The translations under genes were made by a program, and so were the position numbers. Source: Nitrososphaerales archaeon (lineage in GTDB: Archaea; Thermoproteota; Nitrososphaeria; Nitrososphaerales; UBA213). Taken from it: a stretch of DNA of 64,000 nucleotides. Under the pieces are notes generated by a model. It had not been told where the DNA came from, did not search any database, and saw only the letters and a program-made list of their open reading frames with translations. Of the stretch, positions 10,101 to 22,042 are shown piece by piece; within the stretch, counting starts at the first letter, position 1, and each line of letters begins with the position of its first letter. Location of the stretch: contig CBDAOC010000020.1 in assembly GCA_965197925.1 (NCBI GenBank), positions 608,001 to 672,000 on the forward strand. Reading direction: 5' to 3'.

Positions 10101-10908
10101 TTGTTCTGTGAAATCCATTCTTGAGCCATGCAAAGAATCTCTCAACTACAAATCTTGTCTTGTTGTAATGTTTGTAATCATTATTTTGCAAGATGAACTT
10201 GGAATTTATTTTGTATGGGATGCAACATGCAATATTTCTATCCCACAAATACATTCTGATGTATTTTGCATCATTTTGTCTGCATAAACTGATTCTATCT
10301 GTTGTATTGAATCATCATCAAGATAGTCTGAAATTGATTCTATAACATCCATGCATTTTGTACTGTCATGTTCATTTGCTGGACTCAACAGTATGGATAT
10401 TGGAAATCCGTTACCCTCTACTGCGGCATGCATTTTTGTACCTGTTATTCTCTTGAATCCATTATATCCAGTTACATTGCCCCTTTTTTATCAGGAATGG
10501 ATGAAGAGTCAACTGATATTTTTTGTAGATTAATTTTGCCAGATTTATGTGCTGAGTGAATAGTACGTGATAGAATCTTTTTCCAGATTCCTTTTTGTTG
10601 CCATTTGTTTAACCTTCTGTTTGCAGATTTGTTTAACCTTCTGTTTGCAGTAGAATCATCATCGTATCTTTTTGGCATATCGTCCCATCGGCATCCAGTA
10701 GTTAGAACATGGATTATTCCGTTAATGATTTTTCTATCATCATCCCTAGGCCTGCCAGTTTTTGCATGTGGTGGTATGTGTGATTCTATCATACTCCACT
10801 GTTTGTCTGATAATTCTTGGAATTTCATAAAATAATTTTAGATGTCGCTATTCATAGATCTAAATGGTCGCTAAAAATTGTCTAAATGGTTAGTTTTGAG
10901 ATGAGTTG
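10011..10908 (-). mobile_element. IS5-family element, group A copy 1 (defective)
   Basis: Perfect 16-bp TIR CAACTCATCTCAAAAC; split transposase; internal 24-bp duplication (SANRRLNK). Confidence 0.9.
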
Positions 10909-11265
10909 ATGATCCCTTATCACTCTGGAAAGCAAAAGATTGAAAGCTTTGGTTATTCAAAATGTAGGTGATATGATGAAGCATCTTGGCATTACTGTGG
11001 TGGATAGTAAGATGTCAAAAGAGTTCTACAAATAAATTGAGTAGGTAATGGTCCCCCCGACCTCTGCCATCAACCAATGTATCTGAACCCACTATGAGTT
11101 CAAATCCCAAGCCCGCTAACATTCTATCCTCAAGCAGACTGTCCATGAACACAACACTTTCTTGATCTATTTTTTGCTTCATTACATGTACAGGAATTTA
11201 CATATAGTCTAACCTTATCATGCTTAAATAATTCCAAAATACTTAGAAATAGCACGAGCACAACA

Positions 11266-11871
11266 CTGGATCTAAAAAAGACGGCATTATTAATTATAGA
11301 TCCACAAAATGACTTCCTTTCTGAAGGAGGAGTCGTGTGGGACTTTGTTGGTAAGGGAGTCAAGGAAACAAAAGTTGTGGAACATCTGATAGAACTGAGG
11401 AAGATGGCTAAAGAGGTAGGCATCACGGTATTCTACTCACCGCACTACACTGAGGCTGAATTCAAGAACTGGAAACATTTGAACCCAATTGATAAATTGA
11501 TGTTTGAACGCAAGATGTTCCTCAAGGGCACGTGAGGTGCAGAATTTCATCCAGACCTTCAACCAGATGAAAATACCAAAGTATTATCTCCACATAAAGC
11601 ATTGAGCAACTTTTGGTCAGGAGATATTAAGACTCAATTCAGGCAACATGATATACAGAATGTCATTCTTGCTGGAATGTCAGCAAACTTGTGTGTTGAA
11701 TCCCATCTTAGAGATGCTATCGAACACGGCTTTGAAGTAATAGTTGTAAAGGATGCTACAACGGGCCCAGGCTCAGATGCGACTCAGGCTGCGTACACAA
11801 ACTATGGATTCATAGCAACTGAAGTGACCACTACCGAGGAAATCATAAAACGTCTTAAGGAAACAAGCTAG
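11266..11871 (+). pseudogene. Isochorismatase / cysteine hydrolase family protein with one nonsense codon
   Basis: TALLIIDPQNDF and LAGMSANLCVESHLRDA are in the same frame; TGA at 11533-11535 falls in GT(W)GAEF; start position uncertain. Confidence 0.8.
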
Positions 11872-12490
11872 AACAGGTACGAGTTTTCTAGGCATCCTTC
11901 CTTTTTTCTTTATACAAGTTCTAGATTAGTTTGAACTCTTCTTAATCAAACGTGATGCTTTAGATTTCAATATTTCCCAACTAGTGGTGACTTGCGAAAT
12001 TTAATAGCTCGAAACGATATGAAGAGGTTTTAGTATTTATTGTTGATATGTTTAATTGAGACTCGACATCTTTGTATATTATCTTTAATTGATGTGATTC
12101 CTTGGCCATAACCTAATAGGAAAAGAGGTAGAGCATTCTACAATTTCCTCTTATGCCCATCTTGCCAGGTGATGTGCTTCAGCAATTTGTTCTCTATTGA
12201 TCCAAATCAAGTACAGATTCACTTGTTCTAGTTCACAACAAAGAAGGATTATCCTTTACCAACTTAATTGTCCATGCGTTTTTGGACAAAAAGGAAGAGC
12301 CTATAGAGCAAGACTCATAACAAATGGTTGCGAACCCGTAACGATTATCTTTCATGGTTAAGGACTCGGTTCACTGGTTATACAATAAGGAAAGGAGAAC
12401 CGAAATACTGCCTATTGGTAAACACCAGAAAAAATGATTATGTTCAGATTGAAAAGTAGGCCAATAACAAGATATACACTTTATGCATTA

Positions 12491-12545
12491 TTAGCGTTCT
12501 TTAGGGTTCTTGGCGTTCCTAAACCCATAGTACGTACTTAAATAC
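12491..12545 (+). promoter_or_regulatory. About 10-bp-phased repeats plus TATA-like box upstream of 12567
   Basis: ttagcgttct / ttagggttct / tggcgttcct, then ttaaata at 12538. Confidence 0.45.
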
Positions 12546-12566
12546 CCCTACACCTCGAGCTTTTTA

Positions 12567-13418
12567 ATGGCATCAGTACAAAATAATCAACTGGAAAAGG
12601 AAATGATTCTGAAGTTTGTTCGGAATTACTATAAAAAGCACTCTAAAGTTCCCTCGGTTCGTACTATTTGCAAGCGGACACGGATCTACAATAACATGCT
12701 CTACCAGATATTTCCAGGCAAGTTGGCTGAGATCTGCAAAAAAGCAAACCTTCCCTTCCCCACCGATAGGATCAAAGCTATGAGGAGGTTGTTTCCAAAG
12801 AAAAATGAACCAGATGAATATGAAACATTCATCACGAAGTTGAAAGAATTAGAAAGCAAAGGGAAAAAAGGTCACCTAACTGCTTGCGAACAATACGCTG
12901 ACTTGATTCTGGATTATGTCAATGAAGAACCTAAGAAACGAATTGAACGGTTTATTTCACTATATAAAGTGTCCAGAAAACAATTCATCAAAGATGCATT
13001 TTCCCACGCACAAAGTTATCCTGACTTGAAGAAGATGTATTTCGTTCAAGGAAAGAATGCACCCAAATTTATGGCTTATGTAGTCGATGTTCTTCTGCAG
13101 TGCACAGAAAAATGTTCATCCATTTATGGACCTGTCATCACCAGAAATTATTGTGTCACTCATGGAAAACAATTCATTATTGCCAAAGATAGAAACAAAT
13201 CCTATCTGTGTTGTTGTGATAAGCAGGGATGCCTTGAAGAGCACACCATAGCATGTCAGAATTGTAATGAGCCCATGATATTTGAAGTAAAGACCGACAC
13301 CTTAAATTGTGATAGTTGTAAATTTTCAATGAAGTATGAGCCGGAGTTGCCCTTAATGATATGGGGATTTGAGGAAGGATACTCTAATGTAATTAACAAG
13401 TGGTTGGAGATGCAGTAA
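12567..13418 (+). CDS. Protein with an N-terminal DsrC/TusE-like helical domain and a C-terminal Cys-rich (Zn-ribbon-like) region
   Basis: ILKFVRNYYKK....P.VR.I.K.T......LYQIFPG....CKKANLPFPT follows the DsrC C-terminal half; later CxxH, CCC, CxxC and CxxC motifs. Confidence 0.6.
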   Translation: MASVQNNQLEKEMILKFVRNYYKKHSKVPSVRTICKRTRIYNNMLYQIFPGKLAEICKKANLPFPTDRIKAMRRLFPKKNEPDEYETFITKLKELESKGKKGHLTACEQYADLILDYVNEEPKKRIERFISLYKVSRKQFIKDAFSHAQSYPDLKKMYFVQGKNAPKFMAYVVDVLLQCTEKCSSIYGPVITRNYCVTHGKQFIIAKDRNKSYLCCCDKQGCLEEHTIACQNCNEPMIFEVKTDTLNCDSCKFSMKYEPELPLMIWGFEEGYSNVINKWLEMQ

Positions 13419-13716
13419 GTAAACTGGTCGACATTAGAACTGGTATGGTGCTTTTCACTTTCAAAAAAAAGTACTAGTATGAGAATAAAATATTCACCCA
13501 AGAATTACACGAGTCTAAGGAATTGATTGAAAGAGAAGATCAAAGTTTGTTCCGTGAGTTCCTAAGAGGCAACAAGAAACCCGGAGAAACTCACTTAGGA
13601 CTGTTAAAAAGGATCTGTACCCAAGCGTACTCGTCTTGCTTAGCTATATTTCCATCCCTATGGATGTTTATTCTCACACTTAACCATATAGGGATCCTAC
13701 AACTATCACCAACTAA

Positions 13717-14772
13717 GAGCCTATCCTAAAATTCTAGCTGATAGTTAATGATTGGTAGAAATGATAACATTTAGAATGCAAGAATATTAGTTCAAACTGT
13801 CAGGTTTAGTTTTCTTACTATTGATTTTATTAGTATTGTAGATAATAGATACTAGAAACAGTTGCATTAACGTGTTTATGACACTACCAATATATCGCTC
13901 TATACACTATTAGGCAGTTAGCAAATTCTACTAGCGCCTGATAATTTTCCTCTCTCTTCTCGAACCTTACCAATAACTTTCTGAACCTGTTATGCCAAGA
14001 TGCGGTTCTTTCTACAACCCATCTCTTTGCTTTGTATAAATTCTTTTTCAACACTTCACCCTTATGACGAATGTGATCCACATATCCCCTTCCTAACTCC
14101 ATATTTCATACTCCATACTCTATCTCTGGAAAATCATATCCTATTCATGCATATGTTCTGTTTAACTTTGGGCCTATCAACAACAATGCTATCTATTGTA
14201 GGAAAGGCTGATTTCATATCGTGTTTATTTGCTCCAGTAATTACAGATGAGAGAGGTACTCCTCTTCTATCAACCAGCATGTGACGTTTGGTACCTAGCT
14301 TGCCTCTATCCGTTGGGTTTGCTCCGGTCGTTTTCCCCCTAATGGGGCCTTCGGTACGCTATCCATGGATTGCCAGTCCCATCCCATGCTCTTTAATTCA
14401 TCATATATTTCCAGCAGCCTCTTCCATACCTTCTCGAATACTCCTATCCCAATCCATTCCTGAAATCTTGCATGGCAAGTTGAACCAGAACCAAATTCTT
14501 TAGATACCTTCTTCCACTGGCATCCAGTTCTTAATACATACAGTATTCCATTCAATACTTTTCTAAATGGCACAGCTGGCCTTCCAACTGTTCTTGCTGG
14601 TTTCTCTGGTAGCAACACTAGTTTGAACTCTTCCCATAGATTGTCTGGTATATGCCATATGGTCGGCATGCTCTTTTTCTTTGATTTTCTCACAAATTTA
14701 GCTAGAGAGGACAGATCTGGATCTGTTTCGGTATAAACAATTAGGCTATGATGTTAATTTTCGGATAAGATC
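13717..14772 (-). mobile_element. IS5-family element, group B copy 1 (defective)
   Basis: Imperfect TIR GAGCYTATCCKAAAATT; TAA on both flanks; fragmented transposase (YVLRTGCQW, RWVVERT). Confidence 0.9.
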
Positions 14773-14902
14773 TAAGACATTTATCTCCATAGTCGAACAA
14801 TCATTTATGATTATTTTCAAACCACGCTGTAGAGTATTATATAATGTGATGGAATATATAAGAATAAAAAAGATTGATAATCCTCCGCTACTACTATTGC
14901 AA

Positions 14903-14971
14903 ATGACAGTTATAACTTTGCGTGGGGTGAGTGAAATTGGTGGCAACAAAATCCTAATTGAAGATAAGTGA
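14903..14971 (+). pseudogene. Orphan N-terminal fragment of an MBL-fold hydrolase
   Basis: MTVITLRGVSEIGGNKILIEDK* matches MTSLTFYGGVNEIGGNKILLEDK starting at 19399. Confidence 0.6.
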
Positions 14972-15127
14972 GCAGTGTAAGAATTAAGGTACTGTTAACT
15001 TTGCGGATGATCACCAGTATTTCACAAGGATAGGGTAAATTACCAGACAAGTTACCCCCGTATTGATCTTTTTATCTTGACAAATTACTATATCCACATA
15101 GATATTTATTTGGTACCTTAAAAAGAA

Positions 15128-16036
15128 GTGAGCCAAAGTTGTGCCATGGAACCAGAAAACTATTGCGATGACGAATTTACAGATCATTTGGTGTATAAGA
15201 AATTAGCTGCCATAGAAAAAACAGAATCTAACCGCCAAATGCTACTTCGTCTTTCCGAACAAGAACAGGTACATTTTAAGTTCTGGAGCAACTACCTTAA
15301 TGGTTATCATCCTCGCGTAAAAAAATATTTTATCTTTACGATGCTTGTGTTCAGGCACTTGCTTGGCTTGACTTTCACTGTAAAACTTCTTGAACGTCAT
15401 GAGGATAAAGTGATTGAAGAGTATAAGCGATTTGCAGAGACTATTCCGCTTCAGGAAAGAGAAATATTAAATTCGATAATTGATGATGAGAAAGAACACG
15501 AAAAATTCTTTGTGTCGCAAATTAATGAATCAGTAGTCAAATACATGAGTTTCATAGTTCTAGGCTTGGCCGACGCAATTGTTGAAATAACTGGTGTACA
15601 TGCTGGTTTTTTGGGCGTTACGAGCTCAACATTAATCGCTGGTATCGCTGGGCTTGTGGTTGGAGTGGCAGCTGCTATTTCCATGGCATCTGCTGCATAT
15701 CTGCAATCAAAGGCGGTACATTCAAACCAAGAACAAACGAGATCGCCGATTATCTCTGCAATCACTACGGGTATTGCTTATATTAGCACTGTAATTATTT
15801 TGGCTCTACCGTACTTTTTTACAGAAGGTATGGCTTACGCCTTTGGTGTTTCGGTTGCACTTGCACTTGCCATGACTGCATTTTTCACCTTCTACAGCTC
15901 GGTAATTTTAGAGAAAAAATTTTCCAGAGAACTTTTGGAAGGGGTTGGCTTAACCCTAGGAACAGCCTTTATTACTTTCATGTTTGGAAGTTGGCTGGGT
16001 AGCTTATTCGGCATCAGTGGATGGTTTGACCTCTAA
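15128..16036 (+). CDS. VIT1/CCC1 family transporter with an N-terminal ferritin/rubrerythrin-like domain
   Basis: EQEQVH and DEKEHE ExxH motifs; IVLGLADAIVE and AISMASAAYL; hydrophobic C-terminal half. Confidence 0.85.
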   Translation: MSQSCAMEPENYCDDEFTDHLVYKKLAAIEKTESNRQMLLRLSEQEQVHFKFWSNYLNGYHPRVKKYFIFTMLVFRHLLGLTFTVKLLERHEDKVIEEYKRFAETIPLQEREILNSIIDDEKEHEKFFVSQINESVVKYMSFIVLGLADAIVEITGVHAGFLGVTSSTLIAGIAGLVVGVAAAISMASAAYLQSKAVHSNQEQTRSPIISAITTGIAYISTVIILALPYFFTEGMAYAFGVSVALALAMTAFFTFYSSVILEKKFSRELLEGVGLTLGTAFITFMFGSWLGSLFGISGWFDL

Positions 16037-16610
16037 CTTTCATATCTATTTTATTGTCGAGAATAACAAAATTGTGTGAAAGCTGATACTATCTTTGCTT
16101 CACAGATTCTTTCTAGGTAGCGTACAATGACTATTTCCAACAAGTCATATTACATTACGGTTTAGAATACCATCTGGTGTTTCTACAACATATTGTCACT
16201 TTGAACTGGCGGCGATAACATGATCGAGATACATTTTCTAGGGTGACATCTTTCTAGTAATATGGAAACTATAACCTCTAATTCCTAGACAATACTTGCG
16301 CAACCCAATTTCTCCTTACACTTTTCTACAATTATGATAAGTATTCCTTTTTTTACACTTGGTCGCATTCACAATTATCCTAAACTGTCACTAGTGTTTT
16401 TAGTTGACAGCTTTGCTATCATTTTCAGTTTCCTTTTTTGCCGCTGTATCCTCGTATTTTGTAATAGTATTGTCAGAACTACTTTACATGATTTCAAGAA
16501 ACTCTACCCTCGAACCAAACTCAAATTATGTATACTTTATCTAACTCTTGAAATCAAGCTAGAAATAAATTTAGTAAAGAGCGATGTATCTTCAGAATTA
16601 TACAGGGCGA

Positions 16611-16841
16611 TCATTTCACTACTGACATAGTCTGAGTAGATCTTACCTCTGGGATCTTTCTAATTTTCTCATACACAATATTCCTTATTGATTCCATGTC
16701 GCCAGCCTCCATTTCTACCATCAAATCCGCTCCGCCGAGAACTATGTGCGACTCTTCTATTCCACCGATACCTTCAAGTGCCCTTAAAACTTTCTCGTCA
16801 GAACCAGCGTCTACACTTATTAGCACATATACCTTGCCCAT
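16611..16841 (-). CDS. Stand-alone Lrp/AsnC ligand-binding (RAM) domain protein
   Basis: VYVLISVDAG...KIRKIPEVRSTQT; 76 aa from ATG 16841. Confidence 0.8.
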   Translation of the reverse strand: MGKVYVLISVDAGSDEKVLRALEGIGGIEESHIVLGGADLMVEMEAGDMESIRNIVYEKIRKIPEVRSTQTMSVVK

Positions 16842-17112
16842 GTAGTACAAACATAATATACATACAATAAATCTTACGAATTTCCATACGAACAGTGGAC
16901 GATTGTCTATACTGGTGATTTCAGAAAACATGGAAACTATTTCTCGCTTGTATCTGATAATGTGAAACTGTCAGTAAAACCAATCTAGAATCCAGTGTTT
17001 TCGAAGATTTACATCGCTAAACAAAGGATACCTCATAGTATCCATTATTATTGTGACAATGGATTTCGCCTAGAATATTTTCCTCGCTCGGGAATACTTT
17101 CTCTTTCTATTC

Positions 17113-19399
17113 TTATGATAAATCGTATCTTTTCCCTTCTTCTACTAAAACTAAATTCTTTGAAACTTTTTCATATTGATTTGGGAATTCAGTATGAATA
17201 GGATATAGTGTTTTTGCCCCTATTTCTGAAACGGTTTCAAGCAATTGACTTCCTCTAGCATGACCTGAACAATGACTCTGAAATTTAGCCATCGAAAAAT
17301 GCTTGAGCCAAGCGTCAATTCTTTCCTCAGATAATTCTTGTTCTTCATTATAGGGCTCACTTGAAGAATGTATGTATCGTACACCTGATTTTGGCTTCAT
17401 GTCAATCAGGGCTGTAAAACTGTAAAATCCAATAGCACACAATACCTTATTTGGCCTTGCAGCAATTTGTTCTGCAGTCCAAGTGTTATGCAAGTCCAAA
17501 AATTCTTTATCTTTTCCTTTGTAATCTTCATCAGAATAAGTTCCCGAACCCCGTTTCGGAAGATAAATTATGATATCCTCATTGTCAAGATCTGGCATAT
17601 TAAGAACTCTATCCTGTGATAGATATTTGAGAAAATATACATCGTTAATTTTTACTACAAATTTTCTATCATTTTCTTTTGCTATATTAAAAAAAGTTCT
17701 TAGTCTATCTACATCTTTGAAATTAAAATCGGCAAATATTAGATTATTAGTTTCGGAGACTATTTTATTGCATTCTTTATGAACCGCCTGTTCGCTTTCC
17801 TGCTTTTCTTCATCTGCAATTCTTGTTCCTTCGGTGATTAGTGCTATAAGCTTTGCCTTCTTTGCTTTTTCTATAAGTCACGCGTCATCTTTGAATTGGT
17901 TCCGTGGGATCTTATATCGCCGGTATAAGCAATGGGACCTTCAGATGTCCAAATGATAAAGCCGTATGCTCCAGGGACTGAATGATCAACATGTATAGGT
18001 TCTACCTCGAGTGAACCAATTTTGAATTTATCTCCAGTTCTAAACTCGTTGATTTTCCTTGGAATTGGTCTATCTTTTAGATCATATGGCCTGGGTTTGT
18101 AATCCAGAATCTCCTTTTCTATTGTTCTAGAAGACCTGTCAGCGAAGGCCTTTAAGATTAGATGGCAGGCTGAACCCATGTATATTGGAATGTCCTCATG
18201 TAAAAAGGAAATATAGTCCGCATGATCTGCATGTGCATGAGTTAGTAACAAGGCATCAATCTCGGGTTTCTGGGGTTTTCTACCGGCCAGTACCATCAAA
18301 TCATCTCTATACACACCTTGGATGTCAGGAACCAAACCCATGGTCAGAAAATCTACTATACCATTTGAGGTTCGAGGACTGATATATTCCTCAAAATATT
18401 GAAGTCATCCCAATACTCTCCAATACATCATAATCGACGAAATGATAACAAATGCCAGATAGTTTTGTGCATTCTTCTCATATCTGATCCTGGTTCTGTG
18501 GAACCCATTCTTCAACCAGGCAAAGAATCTCTCCACAACATAGCGCGTCTTGCCGTATAGGTATTGTTCTGTATTATCATTTTGTTGTTGTGTCTTACTG
18601 TTTTTTCTGTAAGGCATGCAGTCAGAGATTTTTCTTTTGGTGAGGTATTTCCTGATGAATTCTGCATCATAGCCCTTGTCTGCTTGGCACCGCGCAATTT
18701 TTCTGATAGATCTCTCATCCAGATATTGTGAGATGCCATCCATCACGTCTACAAATCTTGCAGAGTCATGCTGATTTGCAGGACATTACTACTGAGACTG
18801 GCAGTCCGTTTTGTTCCACCGCAACGTGTATTTTTGTGCCTGAAATCCTGTTGAATCCGTTGTATCCTATGACGCTTCCCCTTTTTTGGCCGGAACTGAT
18901 GACGAATCGACCGTTTTTTGCAGCTGCATCTTGCCTGATCTGTGGGCTGATTTGACTGCAGCGGAGAGGATATTCTTCCATATTCCACGTCGCTGCCAGT
19001 TCTGCAGTCTGCGGTGCGCAGTTGATTTGGAGCCGTACCTTTGTGACATCCCAGTCCACCTGCATCCTGTTATCCCGACAAACAGGATTCCGTTGACTGT
19101 CTTTCTGTCGTCTGCCCTTGGCCTTCCGGTTCTGGCTGGCTTGGGGAGATGCGGTGATATCATCTTCCATTGTTCACCTGTTATCTCCTGAAATTTCATG
19201 ATCTGCTACGGGCAGCATTGCAAATAGATCCAAATGATCGTCAATTATTCACTAAATGATCAGTTTTGGGATCAGTTGATTTAGCTCTTCTGGAGAAACT
19301 CTTACCGAAATCTAGGAATACACGAGTGTCTTTGTCTTCTAGAAGGATTTTGTTACCACCTATTTCGTTTACTCCTCCGTAGAAGGTAAGAGATGTCAT
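17113..19399 (-). pseudogene. MBL-fold metallohydrolase (beta-CASP / RNase J-like), interrupted by an IS and one frameshift
   Basis: GGVNEIGGN, THAHADH, VDHSVPGA, YTGD, HCSGHA, PIHTE. Removing the IS and one AAT copy restores RAKYFEEY. Frameshift near 17875. Confidence 0.85.
18401..19278 (-). mobile_element. IS5-family element, group C copy 1
   Basis: Imperfect TIRs CAACTGATCCCAAAAC / GAAGTCATCCCAATAC; 3-bp target duplication ATT; 2-bp deletion relative to the 57237 copy. Confidence 0.9.
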
Positions 19400-19686
19400 G
19401 TTTCCAAGGTAATAGGATTATACTTGAAGATAAAATTTCAGTCATGCTTCAATATATCAGGCACTACTGGTAGATATCTTAATACGAGGAAAACAGGGGA
19501 CAAGCCAGCAAATATTGATGCCTTCTATTGTGAGACCAATATTACACACCTAGGAGTTTTAGGTTAAAGAATGGATCAGTCCATCAAGTAGTTCCAATCT
19601 GTAAGATGAGAATAATCCCTAATAATGCTCAATCCTAAATTATTTAACGGAGATAATCATGAAGAATGAATTCATGAGAAAATAAG

Positions 19687-19800
19687 GTCCTGATTGCTGT
19701 CGATGGTTTAGATCTCGATGGCAATCAGACTGTAGACACTAACGATGATGTCATTGCAACACATATTCATCTAGCTCCTGCGGGAGTAAAAGGTAATGTA
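19687..19800 (+). pseudogene. CHRD-domain remnant
   Basis: GLDLDGNQT...DDVIATHIHLAPAGVKGNV resembles the CHRD HIH.AP.G.NG motif; no start codon; in frame with the DoxX ORF. Confidence 0.45.
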
Positions 19801-19830
19801 AGTGGGCTTTATCAGTCCAACTACCATAAG

Positions 19831-20820
19831 GTGAAGTGTATGGAAATGTTTGATGTCATCATAGCAATGATGATGGGAATGTTGGTTGGAATGGCAGTCG
19901 GTCCCATCATGATGAAGAAGATTACAGAGTGGAAAAAGTCTAGAATTGTCAATGAGATGCTCAAAGAAATATCCAAGTCAAAAAAAGAAGAATTGGTAGA
20001 AACTATTCCAGCTCGCCAAACTTCAGAATCTTACCAGATGCAGATTAAGCAAGTTCACTATCAGGATTATGCCATTTTGGCTCTACGGGTATTATTAGGT
20101 TCGGTATTTATCCTTGGTGGTATCAAACTACTTCTTCTTTCTCCAGAAGCAGCTGTAGAACTCTTAACACCTACTGGTTTTGTAAAACGAGAAATAGCTG
20201 TCTTCATACCGAATGCCCTTAGTTTTGTAGTAACGATTGGTATAATCGAATTAATGGTGGGTTCTCTAACAATTGTAGGATTCAAAACTAAATACGTTTC
20301 AATCGCTGGAGCTTTACTCTTCTTGCTTTTTATTGTAGCACAGCAAAACCTCGGCTACAGTAAGTTATTCCTAGATGTTACTCTAAAGGGTATGTACATT
20401 GCTCTAGCGCTTGTTGGAAGCGGAAAATACAGTATTGATAAGCTGTTAGGTACAAACTATCAAGGTTTTGCAAAACAGACACCTTGGTTCCATGTAATAC
20501 TAAGGGCGAATCTATCCTTTGCCTTCTTTATGACTATATTCTTCCCTAATTTTGCCTCTGACGGTTTACAATTTATCCCTCTATCATTGAGCATAATATT
20601 AGGCTCTTTACTGCTTGTCGGTCTTCCCAATAGAACAGGCTCAATAGCAGCTACGATAGTCTTAATATTTGTTGCATTCATGAACTTGACGGACGAAACA
20701 ATCTTGGATACAAAGCATGCCATAGGACTAATCGGAGGCTCTACAGCTCTATCTATAATGGGCGTGGGAGCTTACAGCATTAGTAATCTTTTCAGAAATA
20801 AAATTATCTCAACGTTGTAA
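19831..20820 (+). CDS. DoxX-family membrane protein
   Basis: LALRVLLGSVFI..G..K, IELMVG, GSGKYSID, and a second repeat ending GVGAYSI. Confidence 0.75.
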   Translation: MKCMEMFDVIIAMMMGMLVGMAVGPIMMKKITEWKKSRIVNEMLKEISKSKKEELVETIPARQTSESYQMQIKQVHYQDYAILALRVLLGSVFILGGIKLLLLSPEAAVELLTPTGFVKREIAVFIPNALSFVVTIGIIELMVGSLTIVGFKTKYVSIAGALLFLLFIVAQQNLGYSKLFLDVTLKGMYIALALVGSGKYSIDKLLGTNYQGFAKQTPWFHVILRANLSFAFFMTIFFPNFASDGLQFIPLSLSIILGSLLLVGLPNRTGSIAATIVLIFVAFMNLTDETILDTKHAIGLIGGSTALSIMGVGAYSISNLFRNKIISTL

Positions 20821-21128
20821 AATAAGTATTTCAAAATAATATTTTTTAAATCTTACCTATTAAGTTGATCCATATTAGGTGCTGTAAAGATGTCTGCTCG
20901 TAAGTACCAATTTTTTCCAGATAATTTTGAACGTGTTGTCAATTGGGCATTTTTTGATCTCCTTGGGAGGTTCATAAGTTTGTGTCAAATCGGTTCTGTT
21001 AGATTCAAAAGGACATTGACTAATCTAATCTAATGAAAAGATGAGTTAATATTGTTCCTAAATCTCATGATTTGCCTATTCATCAAGACTGCAAATATTC
21101 AGTGCTTCTTTTCAAGATAGAGAAGATT

Positions 21129-21885
21129 TTATTTCTTTTGTGTATAGGGGTCAATGAAAGTTTCATCACTGTATCTATCCTTGTGTCGTAGCCATTCCAT
21201 CCCGTAAGAAAGATTTTCTTCATCACGTCCTTTCGGCACTATGTCCAGAAGATTATAAGCAGTAATAATATTCTCAAGGCCTCTAGCATAAGCAGAATAA
21301 GTATGATAGATTTGTTCGTCTTTACCAAATACAAATACGCTTATTCCTGGAGCTTCTTTTACTGGAAAAGTTGTGTTTTCTTGATAGTTGTAAAATGCTT
21401 TACCAGATATTTCTTCTTCCGTAAAGGAAACCTGAAAATCCCGATTAAAATCTGAATTTTCAGAGGATACCCACTTGAAGTTCTAACTCATGCGTTTTTT
21501 GAATGCTTCAAGTTTTTCTAAAGGAGCTTTGGATATTGTAACCATCGCAACATCTCTGTGTGCAATATGAACAACAGATGGTTCATAGTGATCTGCAAGA
21601 AAAGAACAAGATTTGCATCCTTCTTCCCAATCTTTGTCAAACAAAGTGATACACTATGAGCTGACTTTTTCCCTGAAAGAGATCACGCAAATGCACTTTT
21701 CCCTCTAAACTTTCAAAGAAATAATCTTTCTCTACTTTAGCCCAAGGCATATTCTGTCGGGCACGCGTTAACTCATCTCTGGCTTTGGAATGATCTTTTT
21801 CCTTTTTTAACAATTCAAGACGCGCTTTAAGCCATTGTTCATTTGAAACAATTTCATGTTTATTCAAATCTACGTCTGATATCAT
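21129..21885 (-). pseudogene. DUF899 thioredoxin-like protein with a frameshift and a nonsense codon
   Basis: WLKARLELLKKEK, DLFQGKSQLIVYHF, GCKSCSF, HTYSAYARG, PKGRDE, WLRHKDRY; frameshift near 21640 and TAG near 21484. Confidence 0.85.
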
Positions 21886-22042
21886 TTGCGATTCTCCTAT
21901 TTCTAAGTGTATAATCCAACTGTAAGTTAATAAACATACAATGAAATTTCTTAATCTACTAACGTAAAGTCGAACTTGTTTGACAGGAGAATAAAAAGAG
22001 AGTGTTCTCATACTCCGTCGTCAGCATGAGATATTTTTATGC

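Noticed and set aside
12100..12440. Cys-containing coding remnant (FLLCPSC)
   Set aside because: Too fragmented to assign a product or boundaries.
19678..20820. CHRD-DoxX fusion protein
   Set aside because: The frames are continuous, but the CHRD part lacks a start codon and its C-terminal half, so a deletion junction is more likely.
7747..21490. In-frame stops (TAG 7747, TGA 11533, TAG near 21484) as evidence of recoding, selenocysteine or pyrrolysine
   Set aside because: They mix TAG and TGA, each is one substitution from the likely ancestral codon, and both codons end many intact genes here. Ordinary nonsense mutations explain them.
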